64,000 nucleotides of DNA from Spirogloea muscicola (lineage: Eukaryota): NCBI GenBank assembly GCA_009602725.1, contig WELB01000001.1:155422-219421 (forward strand), given 5' to 3'. The notes beneath the pieces were generated by a model. That model saw only the letters and a program-made list of their open reading frames with translations. It did not search any database and was not told the DNA's origin. The position numbers and the translations under genes are program-made. Below, one piece after another: positions 38,774 to 51,930 of the stretch (position 1 is its first letter; each line of letters opens with the position of its first letter).

Positions 38774-40531
38774 AATTGGTACACTTATTACCGAGGTCGG
38801 GCTGTTATTCATTGCTCTTGGAGCAAACTAAAGTCATGTCAAGAGGAAGCCTTGAGGCGCAGGCTGGAACAGACTCCATAAAATGGCAGAGGTGTTTGCA
38901 TCAGGGGTACCAATCGTTTGTAAACGGGTTAGGGGCTGGATGACAAGAGGTGCTACAGTAGGCGGTGACTGTGAAAGGCCAGGCCAAAGGATGGACAAGA
39001 CCCAACACGCAAGCGTCGCCCACTCAACAAAGAGAAGTAGCAAAGACATATGGCCACCCAGAAGAGCCCTTGTCAACAGCCGCAAGTCGGTATGACTAGT
39101 AGCAGATAAAGCAGCACCTGAAGGGGGGCGAGGGCTGTAGAAAGCCAGCCCACAGAAGGACGAACAAGGTCCAAGGAAGCGGGAAAGTGAAGAGCTTCCT
39201 TCCCAATAAGCTCTTACGGGAGTCGCCCTGTGCCCTTAGGGGTTGCTAAGGCACGTCCGGCGTGAATGGTGCTGCGGCGAGGGGCCTCGTAAGACGTGCT
39301 TGGGGCGGTATCGTGCAGGTGTGGCGGCAGGAACTGGCTTCGGGGCCGTCCCTGACAGGCGGCGGTTCGCGAGCCGGGGCGCCAGCAGAGCCGCGGCGTG
39401 GCCCCTTGGGACAAAGCGGGCGTACCAGGCGGTGCGTGCTGATTGGTGGCTTCCTGGGTCTCGAGGCCCCCCCACCCGTCAACAGTGCGTGTTCACGTCA
39501 TTCTCAGCGTGGGCCACGACCTGCCGCCCTCCTATGGAGCGGGCCCGCTGGCGTAAGCCGCGATGCCGCGAAGAAGTATGGCGACCTGGCTGACAGTGCG
39601 CCCGGCTGACGTGCATTGGCGGCACTGCTAAAAACTCCTGCCTTTTAGACAGCAGCATCGATGCGATTTGGGTGCCTTACTTACCGTGGAAGTGAGTGAC
39701 TCGTTATTCAGTTCTTGCAAGTCTTGATGTGTCTTGACCAAGTGGATAGTGCAAAGAAGAATGTTGTTGGGGCGGCGCCCAAGAGGCAGACAGAGGCCGC
39801 CGCCTTTCCTGGAAGATGGGTCGGCCAGATCGTCCTTCGAATGACTGCACGCCATCTGTCTTTCGCGGCCAGTGCAGCAGCGCCGCGCTTGCTTATCTGG
39901 ACTTACGTTTCTCATTATTGTCAAGTTCGACAGGCGTCCCGGCAGTCGCCATGCTTTTGACTACACGAAGCCGGGGATGCGCTGACAAGCGCGACATGAT
40001 GGAATGACGCGAAGATCGTTTTTCACACCACCGAGCCAGTCAAACCGTCGCTAGAGGCGTGGCGGCGCCGCCAGATCAGGCGGCAGTGCGGACCTGGCCT
40101 CGAGGCACAGAGGTGATCGCCGGGGCGCCTCCGGCTGTGGCCCCGCCGCCAATGTGGCGGCCCCGTCCTCCCCCCCTCGGGCCCCGCCCGTACTGGGCGC
40201 CCCCCTCCGGCGCCACCAGCCCCCCTCCATCGCTGCCCCCGCCTGCGGCCGTCCGCTCCGCCCGGCGGCTCCTCCCCCTCCTCCGCCTCTGCGCCGCCGC
40301 GGCCGCGCTCCGCTAAGAGCCCAACCACGAGAAGCCGCTGGCCTGGCCGCGGCGCTCATCCTGAACCGCTCGCCAGCGTTCGTTGCGCCACACCGCCACT
40401 GCGCTGAGAGCCCGCGTGCTACGAGCAGGCGTCTGGCCCGTCGACGCAGCGCGCCGCGGGGCTCGGCCGGCTCTCTGTGCCTCGAGTACGCTCTTGCGAA
40501 TCCGAGGGCAGAAGCGGCGGCAGCCCGCGCC

Positions 40532-42534
40532 ATGGGCCGGCAGCGCAAGCGGCCAAGGGACAGCGGCGGCAGCTGTGTCAACGAGGAGGCACCGCGCGTC
40601 GTGGGCATCCTGGACGTATTGCTACACGGAGCTCGCGGCCTGCGGAATATCAGCCCGCTGGGTCCTCAGGTCTGCTTCTGCATGTAGTTCGAGCTTACTG
40701 CGAGAGAGCTCCACCCTCACCTGTCAGCGGCTGCGAGCCCGACGATGCCTTCAAGCGCCTGTCCTTGCTCGAGGGAGTGGCCATTCTGTAGCGCTGACGG
40801 TATTGCTCTCGAACGCGGAAGCTTCTGCGCTAATCTGTCTCGCGCTTCGGCTTTCCTGCAGGACGTGTATGTCAAGCTGCTGCACGGCGCCGCCGGCGGA
40901 GCGGCCGGCCCAGTGGCGCTGCTCACCCGCACCATCCGCCGCGGTGGCAGCAAGCCCACCTTCAACCAGTGCCTCCAGGTGACAAGCTCGTGCTCTGGCA
41001 CGCTCGCTCGGAGTCACGAGTGCCATGCGGCGCGGCTGCTGCGCTGCGGCGCTGTGTCCTGACCGCCGTCAGAGCTGCAAGCCGTGCAGGTGGCAGTGGT
41101 GGCCGGCGAGGCGGAGGTGCGGTGCGAGGTGTGGGTGTCCAGCCATCACCGCGGCAGCTTCGAGGACCGCCTCCTGGGCGCCGTCGCCATTCCCATCCCC
41201 TTCCCCAAGCCCGGCCTCGGCGGCGGTGGCAGCCGCCGGCTCCCCCGCCAAGACTTCAGCCTCGACGGCGGCGGCGCTGGCTGCGTCCGCGCCACGCTGG
41301 CCTACCATGCACGCCATGCCAGTTCCTCGGCGACGCCACTTGCGGCGATGCCTGCACGCCTCGCCCAGCACGCTTCCATTGGCGCCACCAAGCTCTGCTC
41401 TTCCTCCTGGCCATCCGGCTCAGAGCAGGCGACGAAGAGGCCGACCATCAATGCACGACAGCCCGAGCAGCCGACGATGCCGGCCTCACCGGATGGCCTG
41501 GAAGGCTCAACGAGGCTGCCCACGGATGTGCCGACGGATCCCTTGCAGGCCGGCTCCGAGACCACGACCTGCAGCAATACCATGTCGTCCATTGAGAACC
41601 ACGGTGGCGGCAAGACCAGGGCGGCATGCCTGCCAGCAGGCAGCTTCGAGAGCTGCTGCACGGCCACAAGCGCCAGCACGGCCTCGACGCCCTCCTTGGC
41701 CACGCCCGCCACGCCGGCCGCGAGAGTCCACGACTATCCTGAGAGCTGGCTGTGGCAGGCGCTCAGAACGTCCTCCGCCTCTGGCGAGGCCAGCGCCCTG
41801 GAGGAGGAACAGCCGGACCCTCTCTTCTCCGCCGCCTTGCCTCCGCCTTCATGGGTGCCTGCCGCCGCCTCCTGTGTCCTCGAGACCAGCCAGTGCAGCT
41901 GGAGCCATGGCCCTGGCATGGGGCCGATGGATCCCTCAACAGCAGCTTGTGTTGCGGACCTTGTGATGCCGTCTCCTGAGGTGCTCGCGCATTGTCGTCC
42001 CCTTGATGGCGACTCGCCAGGCAAAGGGTCTGGACAGTCCATCACAGTTGCCATCACGACATCCAGCCGGCTGTGCGAACTGGAAGGAGCAGCTAGCCCA
42101 CCTGGAGGCCCTGTGTTGGAGGACAAGGTGAGCATCGACAGCTCCACGGACCGCCTCCTCGACGAGGACAGCAGCCTACATGCAGTCAACGACCCACTCC
42201 AGGGACTGGAGTTGCTGCCACTGCCTGGTGAGTAGGACAGCAAGGGTGTCAACAGTCATATTTGACTTGCTGCATTTAAGACGAGCTTGCATCAATGTGT
42301 CTGAACGCCTACGAAGCAATTGCAAAGCTCCTCCTGCGAGATGCAGAGCTGTGGTTGGACGAGAATTGGGATCTGGATGAGCTGCTGCAATCCGAATTGG
42401 TGCCGTACCCCAGTCCAACGCTTCCAGAGCCTGCCTTATGCCCCCAGCAGGCAAATACGTGGACTGGCTCGTCACTGACACCCTTCACGAGGTCTGCACG
42501 GTGGCTCTGCTTGCCTACTTTATTTGCGAAGTGA
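40532..42534 (+). CDS. C2 (CaLB) domain protein with a long low-complexity C-terminus; 3' end uncertain (42235 or 42534)
   Basis: VGILDVLLHGARGLRNI..Q-DVYVKL...TRTIRRGGSKPTFNQ-...RCEVWVSS..FEDRLLGAVAIP. Confidence 0.85.
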
Positions 42535-43425
42535 CACTCTGCTTAACATACTCAGTACAAAGAGCAACTCTGGGCACCTTGTTGCTGCTGGATTCCGTTC
42601 TGTTACCTTATCGACTATCAGGATTGTTTTTTGTTTTTCTTACACTGTACTGGCTTGCTTAGCCTCTATTTCAACTTTTGCGCATCGCCTGCCTTCTCCT
42701 TTGCCTACGAAGTTGACACAGTTGCTCTTCCTTCGCAGGTTTGGCGATCATTCGTCACCACTCTACACACATTGTGACATGTTCGGCAAATACAGCCACA
42801 CATCGCTACTGCAAGCACTAGAACTCGACACTTTATCTCCAATCGGTGTTGTACAATCAGTCCTCCAATGATCACTGGCACAGCATTTGTGCAAAAAGCG
42901 CCATTTTCTACAAGAGCAACCAGTGGCATGCTGTGCAAGGGCTGCATAATGATGTGCACTCAGTGCAATGGCAGATGCAACTAAGTCATGCAGGCTTGCA
43001 AGCACCGTATTGTGGCGATCATTGCCAGCAACATTGTACCAAGCCGCAATCTCATGCCACAATCTTCACGATCTAAATTTGGGGCAAGGCCAATGATGAC
43101 AAATTTAGTGCCTACCATTTTCAAAGTCTGAACTTGAGGCAAGGCCAAAACATAGCACATTCCAGCCAAGTGGTCCAGTCGCCAGCAAAGATGCAGCGCT
43201 ACGGCTTCTCAGAGGATGCCAAGCTTGACAAAATTGATATGGTTGCGAGGCCAGATAACATGCTCCTCAGTCCACCTTGGCTAGTAGGTGCATGGACTCT
43301 CATTAGTTGCTACTCTGCAGCCTCGACAGCGCTATACCAAGAAATAGCTGGCTAGCAACCTCGCAAAACCAGGACATACAGCAGTAATTGATTTCCTTCA
43401 GATGAGGTCAGATGACAACTTATGC

Positions 43426-46400
43426 CTAGAAATTAACAATGAGACGTCCGTCAAGGTTCCCGCTGATGGGGCTCACAGCCTGTAGGTACTCTACAACATC
43501 ATCAGACTGGGGGGGCCCGAAGTTCACTAGGAGCGTGCCATACTGGGCAATCGCCTCATACCCACTGCCGCCGCCATAAATGAAATTCTGCACGAGTACG
43601 TAGTATGTCTTGTTGGGGTCAATGGGCCCGTAGTTACCGCCACCGTTATCCACCAGCAGGCTTGTGAAATGGGCCGTCTTGTAGTTGCTGGCATCCAGTA
43701 CAGCTCTTACGCCGGAAAACTGGAGCAGTGCAACACACCGATAGAGAATCTCAAGATCGTGGATTCTCAGCATGTAAGAGAGGACACATACTGCCATCAT
43801 GAATTGAGAAATTTAGAAGTCATCACAGACAGAAAATGTTCGCCCTTGCTTCAAAGCTTGCCCTTTTTTCTGTACAACGATGCACCGCTGCAGCAGTAAG
43901 TTTGACTTCTTACCACGCCAACATCCAGGAATTGGCCATTGGACGGGATGTTAGCATTCAGGACAAGATTGAGACCAAAGCCACTAATTGCCACAACCTG
44001 ATCGTAGTCACCAAACGGAAGGACTTGGAAGACCTGCCACCATGAAACACCATCCTCAGGCACGTAGACTAGTGACATCGCACTGCTCCTTTACATTTAT
44101 GCATGGAAGTTGCTCGCAGCTATGCGATGTGTGCTAGTCATGTATGCAGGGCCCAGGTGACTTCTTCTCAAGCAAACATGGCACTAGAAAGCACGCTCTA
44201 CAAGACCCATTCGGCAACTCACCTGCTCGAAAGTGATGTCGCCTGCCTGGATGTTGACTCGAAGGCCGCCAGGGTTGGTAATGGCGATGTTGACGGGCCC
44301 GTATTGCTGGACGAACTTGGGGTATGAGGCCTGGTGCTGGAACGCATACACCATGGCGTCTGCCACTACATTGCCCAGGTTGCTCTCACCCGGCTGCTTG
44401 GCTAGGTTGAACGGGGCAATGAGATTCTGGTTGGTGTGGCCAATGACCTGATTCCAGCACATTCTATTAGCATCAGAGACGGAGAATTTCTCGCCTGCTG
44501 CTACTTCTGGCTTTCGTCAGGGTACCTCTTTTCCAGCTGCAAGTGACTCCGATTTGCGGCTATTGCAGCATCGTGCCTTCAGAGTCACTAGTATTAAAGC
44601 TTGCTTCCAAGCAACTTGGGGCAACATTGACGCCTCGTCATTATCTGAGTGAAGAGGGGCACAAGTAAGTTACCTTGCCGCGGAACACGGTAATGGGCGG
44701 CAGCAGCTGGTCAATGACGGCGTTGACTGCAGGGTCCTCTGGGACCGGATTGGAGCTGGCGGCCCCTCCGAGCAGCACGGGCTGGGCAATACAGAAACCC
44801 ATGTTCACATGCCCATCCTCGTAGATCCAAGCGCTGATTGTGTCTGCCCACATCCAAGACGAGGGCAAGAGGCTGCTGAATACCTTCTCCCTGCTAAGGT
44901 GCTGCAGTGTAACCAGAGCTTGTGTGGCAAGATTCTTGAGTCACTGAGAAGAGGAGAGGGAAGGAAGCCTCACCCATGTAATGGGTGCCCCACAGTGCCT
45001 GGTAGTAAGGGACTTGTCTTCCCTTGGTGTCAGTGGAGACCTCCGGGTAGTTCACTGCCATAATTGGGTCCTGCACAGCCTGACTGTGTCAGCCAAAAGT
45101 TCCGCACTTTGCAAGTCAAAGTCGGCAGTGGTCAGGAGTTACTGGTCAAGCACTATGTCGACTCTGATACAAACATGACAGGCACTTGGTTGGTGCTTTT
45201 AGAAGACGGACATCAATGTATCCTGCTGAATTGGACTCACAGTGTAGCCACTGCTATCAACAATAGGTCCATTGGGATACTTCTTGCCGTAAGCAAGAGG
45301 GGCATATCCTTGCTTGGGTGGCCACATGAATGTGTGACTGTGGCCACCCACGACCAAGCTCAGACCTGTACACAGGCAGGTCCCTCACAGATCAGCACAA
45401 GTCGCTGCATGATCTGCAATAAATGAGGCCTGCAACATCAAGAGGATGGTGCATAGAAATGCACTGCTCAGGATATGCATTTGGAACGCTACAGAGTGCT
45501 GTACACAGGTGATTTCCAGGTCAGAGTACTGCAGCATGATCAGCACTACAAACACCATATTGAAGCTCAGTGTGCGTGGGGACAACACAAGATGGTAATT
45601 GCCACGGATGTCTCAAAGAAGAGACTCAAGCTGAGGCTAGCAAGAGTATTGACATGCTCACCGTGGGTGGACCGGATGACCTCCTGATCCACATCAACAC
45701 CAGCATGGCCCAGGCCTATAATTGCGGTGATGTTCTTGGCAAGAAGCTCATCAATGCACCGTTGGACGTCTGGCGCATAGTCAGCAACATTGACTGTGGG
45801 TCCAGGGCTGGAGTCAGTGTTGGTGTCTGTGGTCGTCCAGCCGACAATGCCGATAGTCAAGCCGCTGTAGCATCATCACCCGAAAACGAGCTGAAATCAA
45901 TTGCTGAGCAGCATTGATGAGTCTAGCAGGGGGATACAGGAGTAAGCACTGTAAATCCAAGCAAGCAGTGGTATGTAAGGAGGGTGCTCTTGCATGCATA
46001 CTTGGGTAGCTTCTTCACGAGAGGGGTGGTCTGGTAGAGCCCGTAGATGGGGGAGTCTGGTGTGGCGTGCACATTGCAAGACACAATAGGAAAGTTGACC
46101 TTCTTCAAGTAGTTATCAGCCAGGACCTGGGGGCCCTTGTCGAATTCGTGGTTGCCGAGGGTCTGAACAGATGAAGGCGCAACAATGACAGTAGCGTCAA
46201 GCGCCAGATAAGGGCAGAACACACGGCACTGCCAGCAGCATGTAAGCACCAGCCTGACCATGTCCTCATGTCCAGTGAAGCACAAGCTGTACTCACAGCA
46301 ACTTCGACGCCCACAAGGTTGTCAAAGATGGCAGCCTCAGAGCCATTATACACGAGGTTCCAGATGGTACCCGTGAACTCGTCGCCGGCATGCACAAACA

Positions 46401-47063
46401 GCGCAGTTTTGGGGAACTTGGCGCGCCACTGCTTAACCAGGGTGCCAATGCGGGCGAAGCCACCCAGGCAGTTGCCTGTACAGGACAGCCGTGCAAGCAT
46501 GTTAAGAAGGCCTGAAGTCAGGTGCTTCAATTAGAAGCAGGCTTGCCGACATGGTCAAGAATGACAGCTAAATGAGCAGTCTATTTTGGCTGATTGGCAG
46601 GAGCAGTGAAGTAATTCGTGCCCTCCTCAATGCATGTCCTCCTCTAAGCAACGGCCGACAGCAACAGGTGGGGGGCGAGTCAATTAGCCCGCTAGAACTT
46701 GCACCGGCCAGGTTGGCAGAAGAGTTTCTCGAGCACAGGCTGAAGAAGCGGTCAGATGACTCGATGTGGCCATGCTGGTCGTTGTAGGCAATGATGTCCA
46801 CGTGATGGCCGAGCACTGCACCAAGCACCAAAGCACCCGCAAAGTTGGGCCACTGTGCATAACAATTGGTCCGCTGTCGATTGCCTGCAGAGATGGGCTC
46901 CTGACATATTCCAACTTCTGTGCAGCAGGAGCAGTACAATCTGGTAAATTGCCGGTGATTATTCTGGCAAGCTTGCTGCCAATGACAGCTTACCAGGCTG
47001 CACAATGGAGGCAAGAGCGACAAGACCGGTCGCTGCCAAGAGCAGTTTCCTTACAGCCGCCAT
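43426..47063 (-). CDS. Secreted 5'-nucleotidase/apyrase (UshA/CD73-type metallophosphoesterase plus C-terminal domain)
   Basis: Signal peptide MAAVRKLLLAATGLVALA; YNDQHGH; GGFAR; AGDEFTGT; TLGNHEFDKG; IIGLGHAG; GESNLGNVVADA; NPGGLR; VLPFG; GGSGY. Confidence 0.93.
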
Positions 47064-48142
47064 TGGCGTAGACCTGGCTTCCTTGTGGCAAGTGAAGTAG
47101 GAGTGAGACTGGTGGAATCGCGCTTTGGCTCGCTGCCAAGCAATGCCAATCATCTCCAGCAATCACAAAGGGACGAGGAGCAAGTCCGATGAAGAGGGCA
47201 ATGAAGGCATCTTGCAAGTCCAAGGCTGCCGCCTGGCGACCCAAAGTAAGGACTGTTCTGATCGACGAGTGGTGACAGACGATCTGGGAGAGGTAGCTGA
47301 GCCAGCTAAGAGTGACAAGTGACACAATCAGCTCCTCTATGCTAGGACGCTCATGTATCGTGGATCTCCTGGCGGGCGTGTGCCTGATGGTTGGGCCAGC
47401 AGGGCTGGCTACTGAGCTTCTCTTCCTCCTGCAGCTCAGCCGGACTTTGGCACTGTTTGGGTTGATCGAGCCTCGCCAGCACAATCGGACACCAGAGGGA
47501 GCCAACGGGAGGAGGCTGCGGAGGGGTGCCACAAAATCCTCTCCCCCACCCACGCAAAGCGAGTCAAGCTGAGCGCGACTTCCGCACAACGGGGGCGATC
47601 GGCGAACTGGGCTGGCGGAGCGGCGAGAGCCCACCTGAGGTAAGGGGCCCGGCGCGAGGGGTCGTACGCTCGCCAGAAACGGGCTACGAGCAAGCAGGAT
47701 GAGCTGTGACCAAGGGGGTCTGGTGAGGAAGGTCAGTCAGTGGGGGCGGGGAGCTGGAGCTCGGCCCGGCCGCCGGGTGGACGGTGCCGGGGGGGGCCTG
47801 CGCAATCGGCGGGAGTCCCGGCGTGGCTGGGATGACGGGGCGGCTGGGAGACGGCGCGCGGTGCGCATGAAATGATGGGCTGGCCGAGCTGAGCCAATAC
47901 ACTGCCGGGAGGTGGGCGGGCCGCCGCAGCCGGAGGTGCCGACGCCTCCCCAAACGGCGCCGGCGACGGCCTCGCTGGGAGATCAAAAGCCCCGCCGCGG
48001 CGCAGCTCCAATGTGCTCAATTGTGGGTACTAGCGGCGTAGCACTGTCACCTCAAGCCAGCTTAGCAATAGAGCTTCTCCGTGTTAGCCGTTTCTCAGTG
48101 GCGCCCGTGGTGGAGCAGAAAAGAAGCAGCTCTTCCGGTGTA

Positions 48143-48340
48143 AGAGAGAGAAGGCGCGCGGGGCGCATGAATTGAAAGGGAGGCCAATTCAAGCCAATAC
48201 ATTGTTCAGGCAGAGTCGCGTGCAGACTAAACAATGCTACATAATACGGAGACCTAATCTAAGGTACCTAAGATGACATTAGTACCCAAGTGTAAGGCAA
48301 TGGCTGTGAAAGGCCAGCCCAAAGGAATGTACAAGGCCTG
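48143..48340 (-). mobile_element. CRE subfamily B 3' UTR joined to a hairpin-type 3' motif
   Basis: Reverse complement matches 31013-31155. Confidence 0.8.
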
Positions 48341-48689
48341 AAAGGGTGCTCGCAAAGTACACGGACGTTTCTGACCAGACAGGTGGGCACTCGGAGCAGA
48401 CGGCCAAGTGCAAAACGAGTGCCGGCCCTCCAGCATCCGCGCCGACAGATGCTGGCAGCTCTAGGGCGGGAGGAATCTGCCAGCAGCTGCCGCCGGGGGC
48501 CGCCGTATTGCCGCGTGGCGGCCGCCCACTGCCTGCTTACGGCCACGTGCGCCGCCGCCGGGCGCGCCGCGCACAGAGGATGACGCGAATATTCTATCCT
48601 GCCGCCTCGAGCGCCGATGCCGCTGGGGCGCGCCACCGGCCCCCTGATGCCCGCCAGGGTTTCCGCTCAGTTAATATCCAAGAGACTCA

Positions 48690-50720
48690 GTGAAAAGAAA
48701 CAATTTCGTGTACTGAAACAAACGAGGGCCAAGCGGCCAAGTACAAAGACAAATTGTTGGAGGAGAGTCTGGCTCTCATTTGGGAGAGCTTCTTCTTTTT
48801 CCTCCTTCTTCACCACATTCTTTCTCTTTGTCTTCCACTTCTTTTGTACTTGGCCATTTGGCCAACATTTGTTTCTAATACACGGAATTGTTTTAGGGCC
48901 CGCTGTGCGCCCAGTAAAAGGCGGTCACTGATGGAACTGGTCATGCGCTTTGGGCTCGGGAGAAGGCTCTTCGGATTGCCTTTACATTCACGAGCTGTTT
49001 ACTTTCCGGTAAGAAGAAAGCGCGGCCAGATTGACTGGTGGTTGGGAAAGGCCAGCCCAAAGGAATGGACAATGTCTGAAGGAGGCGGAGTGCGAAGGAC
49101 TAGGACTAAGACATCAGCCAGGGGACGCTCAGTAACCTCTACAGGAGATGCAAGTCTGCGTAGCTAGCCGGCGGAAAGACGTAGCCCTGACGGAAGCCGG
49201 AAGAAAGTGCTCGCCCATTGAGAATAGGGGCCGCCGGAGGCCGCCGCCAAAGCTCGGCCTGCGCGCAAGTGAATCGCGAATGCAAGGGACCGCTGCAACG
49301 AGATGGCCAAGTGCATTCGGAAAACTTGAGCGAGGGACCCGGCGACATTGAAGCCGGGCTGTTCGCCCTGCGAGCTGGGCTGGCTTTTCCAGCCCCTATC
49401 CTCAATGGGCGAGCACTTTCTTCGCCCTGCTGCCCGAGGCGGCGGGCCGCTGAACGCCGCGCAAGGCGTGAAGCAAGTCAAGCCATTTTGTGCCAAAGGC
49501 TCCGTGCACGTCGACTGCCAGTGGAACAAACTTGTCTCCCACCGGGTGGTCCGAGTATTTCCGTTCCTTTGCGCCCGCCCCTTGGGCGACTGCGATGACC
49601 GCCTCCTGTCAATCTGGCCGCGCTTTCTCAAGTGATGACCGCCTCCTCCGACGAGCGTTCGGCGCTGCTGGAAACAAATACTGTTTGCGACGTCGAGTGT
49701 CAGCTTGTCTGCAGCGAGCTCAGGCTCATGCATCAGAAAGGAAGTGCTCGCCCATTGAGAATAGGGTCTGGAAAAGCCAGCCCATAAAAGACTTAACAAA
49801 TGACGAGAAGGGGGCCAGGGGAAGCGCTAAGAAGAAGAAAGTGCTCGCCCATTGAGAATAGGGGCTGGAACAACCAGCCCGAAAAAGAATGAACAGAGTA
49901 CGAGAAGGGGGCCAGGGGAAGCGCTAAGTAACAGAAACAAAGCTGCTAAGAAGAACCAGCACACAAAGAACAGAGAAAGCGCGGCCAGATTGACTGGTGG
50001 CTGGGAAAGGCCAGCCCAAAAGAATGGACAAGGTCTGAGGGAGCTTGAGTGCGAACGACTAGGACTAAGACATCAGCCAGGGAACGCTCAGTAACCAAAG
50101 GACCAACAAAGGTCCGAAAGGAGCCGGAGTGCGAAGGACTAGAACTAAGAAACAAACCAGTCAGTCCGGTAAACAGTGGCCGTGACCTTGTCCTCCCCTT
50201 GTGGGCTTCGAACTTTGTTCATAGTTTTCTCTAAGCTGGCCAAACACAGCCATCGCCCTCTACTGGAAAAAGTGGCTCTGTCAATGCGGGCAAGGGCTGT
50301 GAAAAGCCAGCCCGAAAAGAATTGACAAAGGTTTGAAGGGGCCAAATGACGGAAGGGCCTAATAGGAAGAGCCATTCTCTCTTCTGAGCTGGCCTTTCAC
50401 AGCGCTTTTCTGGCCCCTTCCGACTGTGATCATTCTTTTTTCTGGGCTGGCTAATCACAGCCATCGCCCTCTACTGGAGGAGTCTCCCTTTCTTTCACGA
50501 ACCGCGCCCCATCTCTCAATACACACGCATTTCTTTAGAAAGGCCCTGGCCCCTGGTCGACGTCGTGACGGAGGCGTATGAAGGTCCAGCATCGACACAC
50601 ATAGCTGGCCACGCAGTGGGCGGTGCAGAACAAAGAAAGCTGTAGCACTTCTCCGATCACCCCCAATGCGATCAGCTCCTGCCAGCGGCAGTCGACATCT
50701 TTGGCCTCGTCACAGAGATC
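48690..50720. repeat. Dense cluster of short CRE 3' ends and endonuclease fragments in both orientations
   Basis: Repeated gaaagtgctcgcccattgagaataggg, gcggccagattgactggtgg..ggaaaggccagccc, tgtacttggcc...tacacg; coding pieces at about 49230-49330, 49685-49737, 50545-50705. Confidence 0.8.
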
Positions 50721-51165
50721 ACGACCCAAGAGCAACATGGCATCAACGCGGCTGTTGTCCTGCATGTTTATTAAACAGAGCTCAGCATTAGTCAATTCTG
50801 ATAGTTGCCAGATGAATGCGCAGGTGTACCTAGGTCTCTCGGCGTCTCTCTCACAACAGGTGAAGTGGCAGAACTGGTCTACCTCAAGTACCCCTGAAAT
50901 GTGATGAAGCGCCGCCGGAGCAATGTTCAGCGGATCAATGATAGGCTCTAAAACTCATTTCCCCCTCAACATCGTAGGTAAAGCAGGAGACTTCACATGC
51001 CACACCATTGACAACTGTTTCAGGGCTATGTTTATATCTACGCTATCACACAAGATACAAATTTGCCTTGCACAGATATTCAATCACGTGTCAATGCTTG
51101 GAGTCCACCGTAGTGAGGCTCTGTGGCGTCTGGCTTGCCTAATGCACACGCCCGCGCCCTCCTGG

Positions 51166-51733
51166 ACATTGTGGGTGTACAACCTGGCGGAGGCCCACGA
51201 GCTTTGGTTGATGTGGTGGTGACTGAGGCATACAAGAGTTCCGCTTCCACACACATTGCTGGCCACGCAGTGGGAGGTGCTGAGCAGAAAAAGCTCCGAC
51301 ACTACTCAGACTACCCCCGCAGTGACCACCTCCTCCCGGCCGCAATCGACACTTTCGGCTGCTTGGGTCCTCGCTTCCATACCCTACTCGAGAACATAGC
51401 GAGTCTGGGATATGCACGACGCGAGGATATGCTCCCAGCCCAGATGGGTATGCCGGCAGCCTATCTGTCATTTCTGCGACGTCGAGTGTCAACCTGTCTG
51501 CAACGAGCTCAGGTGTATGCTCTGCATCAGAAAGCTGGTCGAGCCTTAGCTGCTGGCACAAGAGCTAGTCAATTGCCGTCCGGTATTCGAGCGTCAGCTA
51601 GCGACCTCTATGTGCTGACTCGTGGTTACTGAGCGGGTCAGCTTAGCAGCAGGTGACGTACATTTGTCCAATGTGCTTGCCTTTGTACTTGGCCACACAT
51701 GGCCTCCCCATCTCTTAATGTACACGCATTTCA
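51166..51733 (+). mobile_element. 5'-truncated CRE subfamily A copy with 6-bp TSD TCCTGG
   Basis: DIVGVQPGGGPRALVDVVVTEAYK...SDLYVLTRGY*; TCCTGG at 51160-65 and 51734-39. Confidence 0.9.
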
Positions 51734-51930
51734 TCCTGGCACGGCCTGGGAAAGCGCGTGCGCCCGCTGGTGCGCTGAGGCGGTGGTCAGATCTCACCCG
51801 CGAGTGTCGAGGCTCTGTGGCGTCTGGCTTGCCTAATGCACACGCCCGCGCCCTCCTGGCACGGCCTGGGAAAGCGCGTGCGCCCGCTGGTGCGCTGAGG
51901 CGGTGGTCAGATTTCACCCGCGAGTGTCGA
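51734..51930 (+). repeat. 120-bp tandem repeat (part of an earlier unit at 51116-51165)
   Basis: tcctggcacggcctgggaaagcgcg...gagtgtcga at 51734 and 51854. Confidence 0.9.

Noticed and set aside
49200..49425. Apparent ~29-bp TIR pair suggesting a MITE
   Set aside because: Both arms are the same 3'-end motif also found solo at 130-178, 49741 and 49838, so better read as opposed retro-insertions
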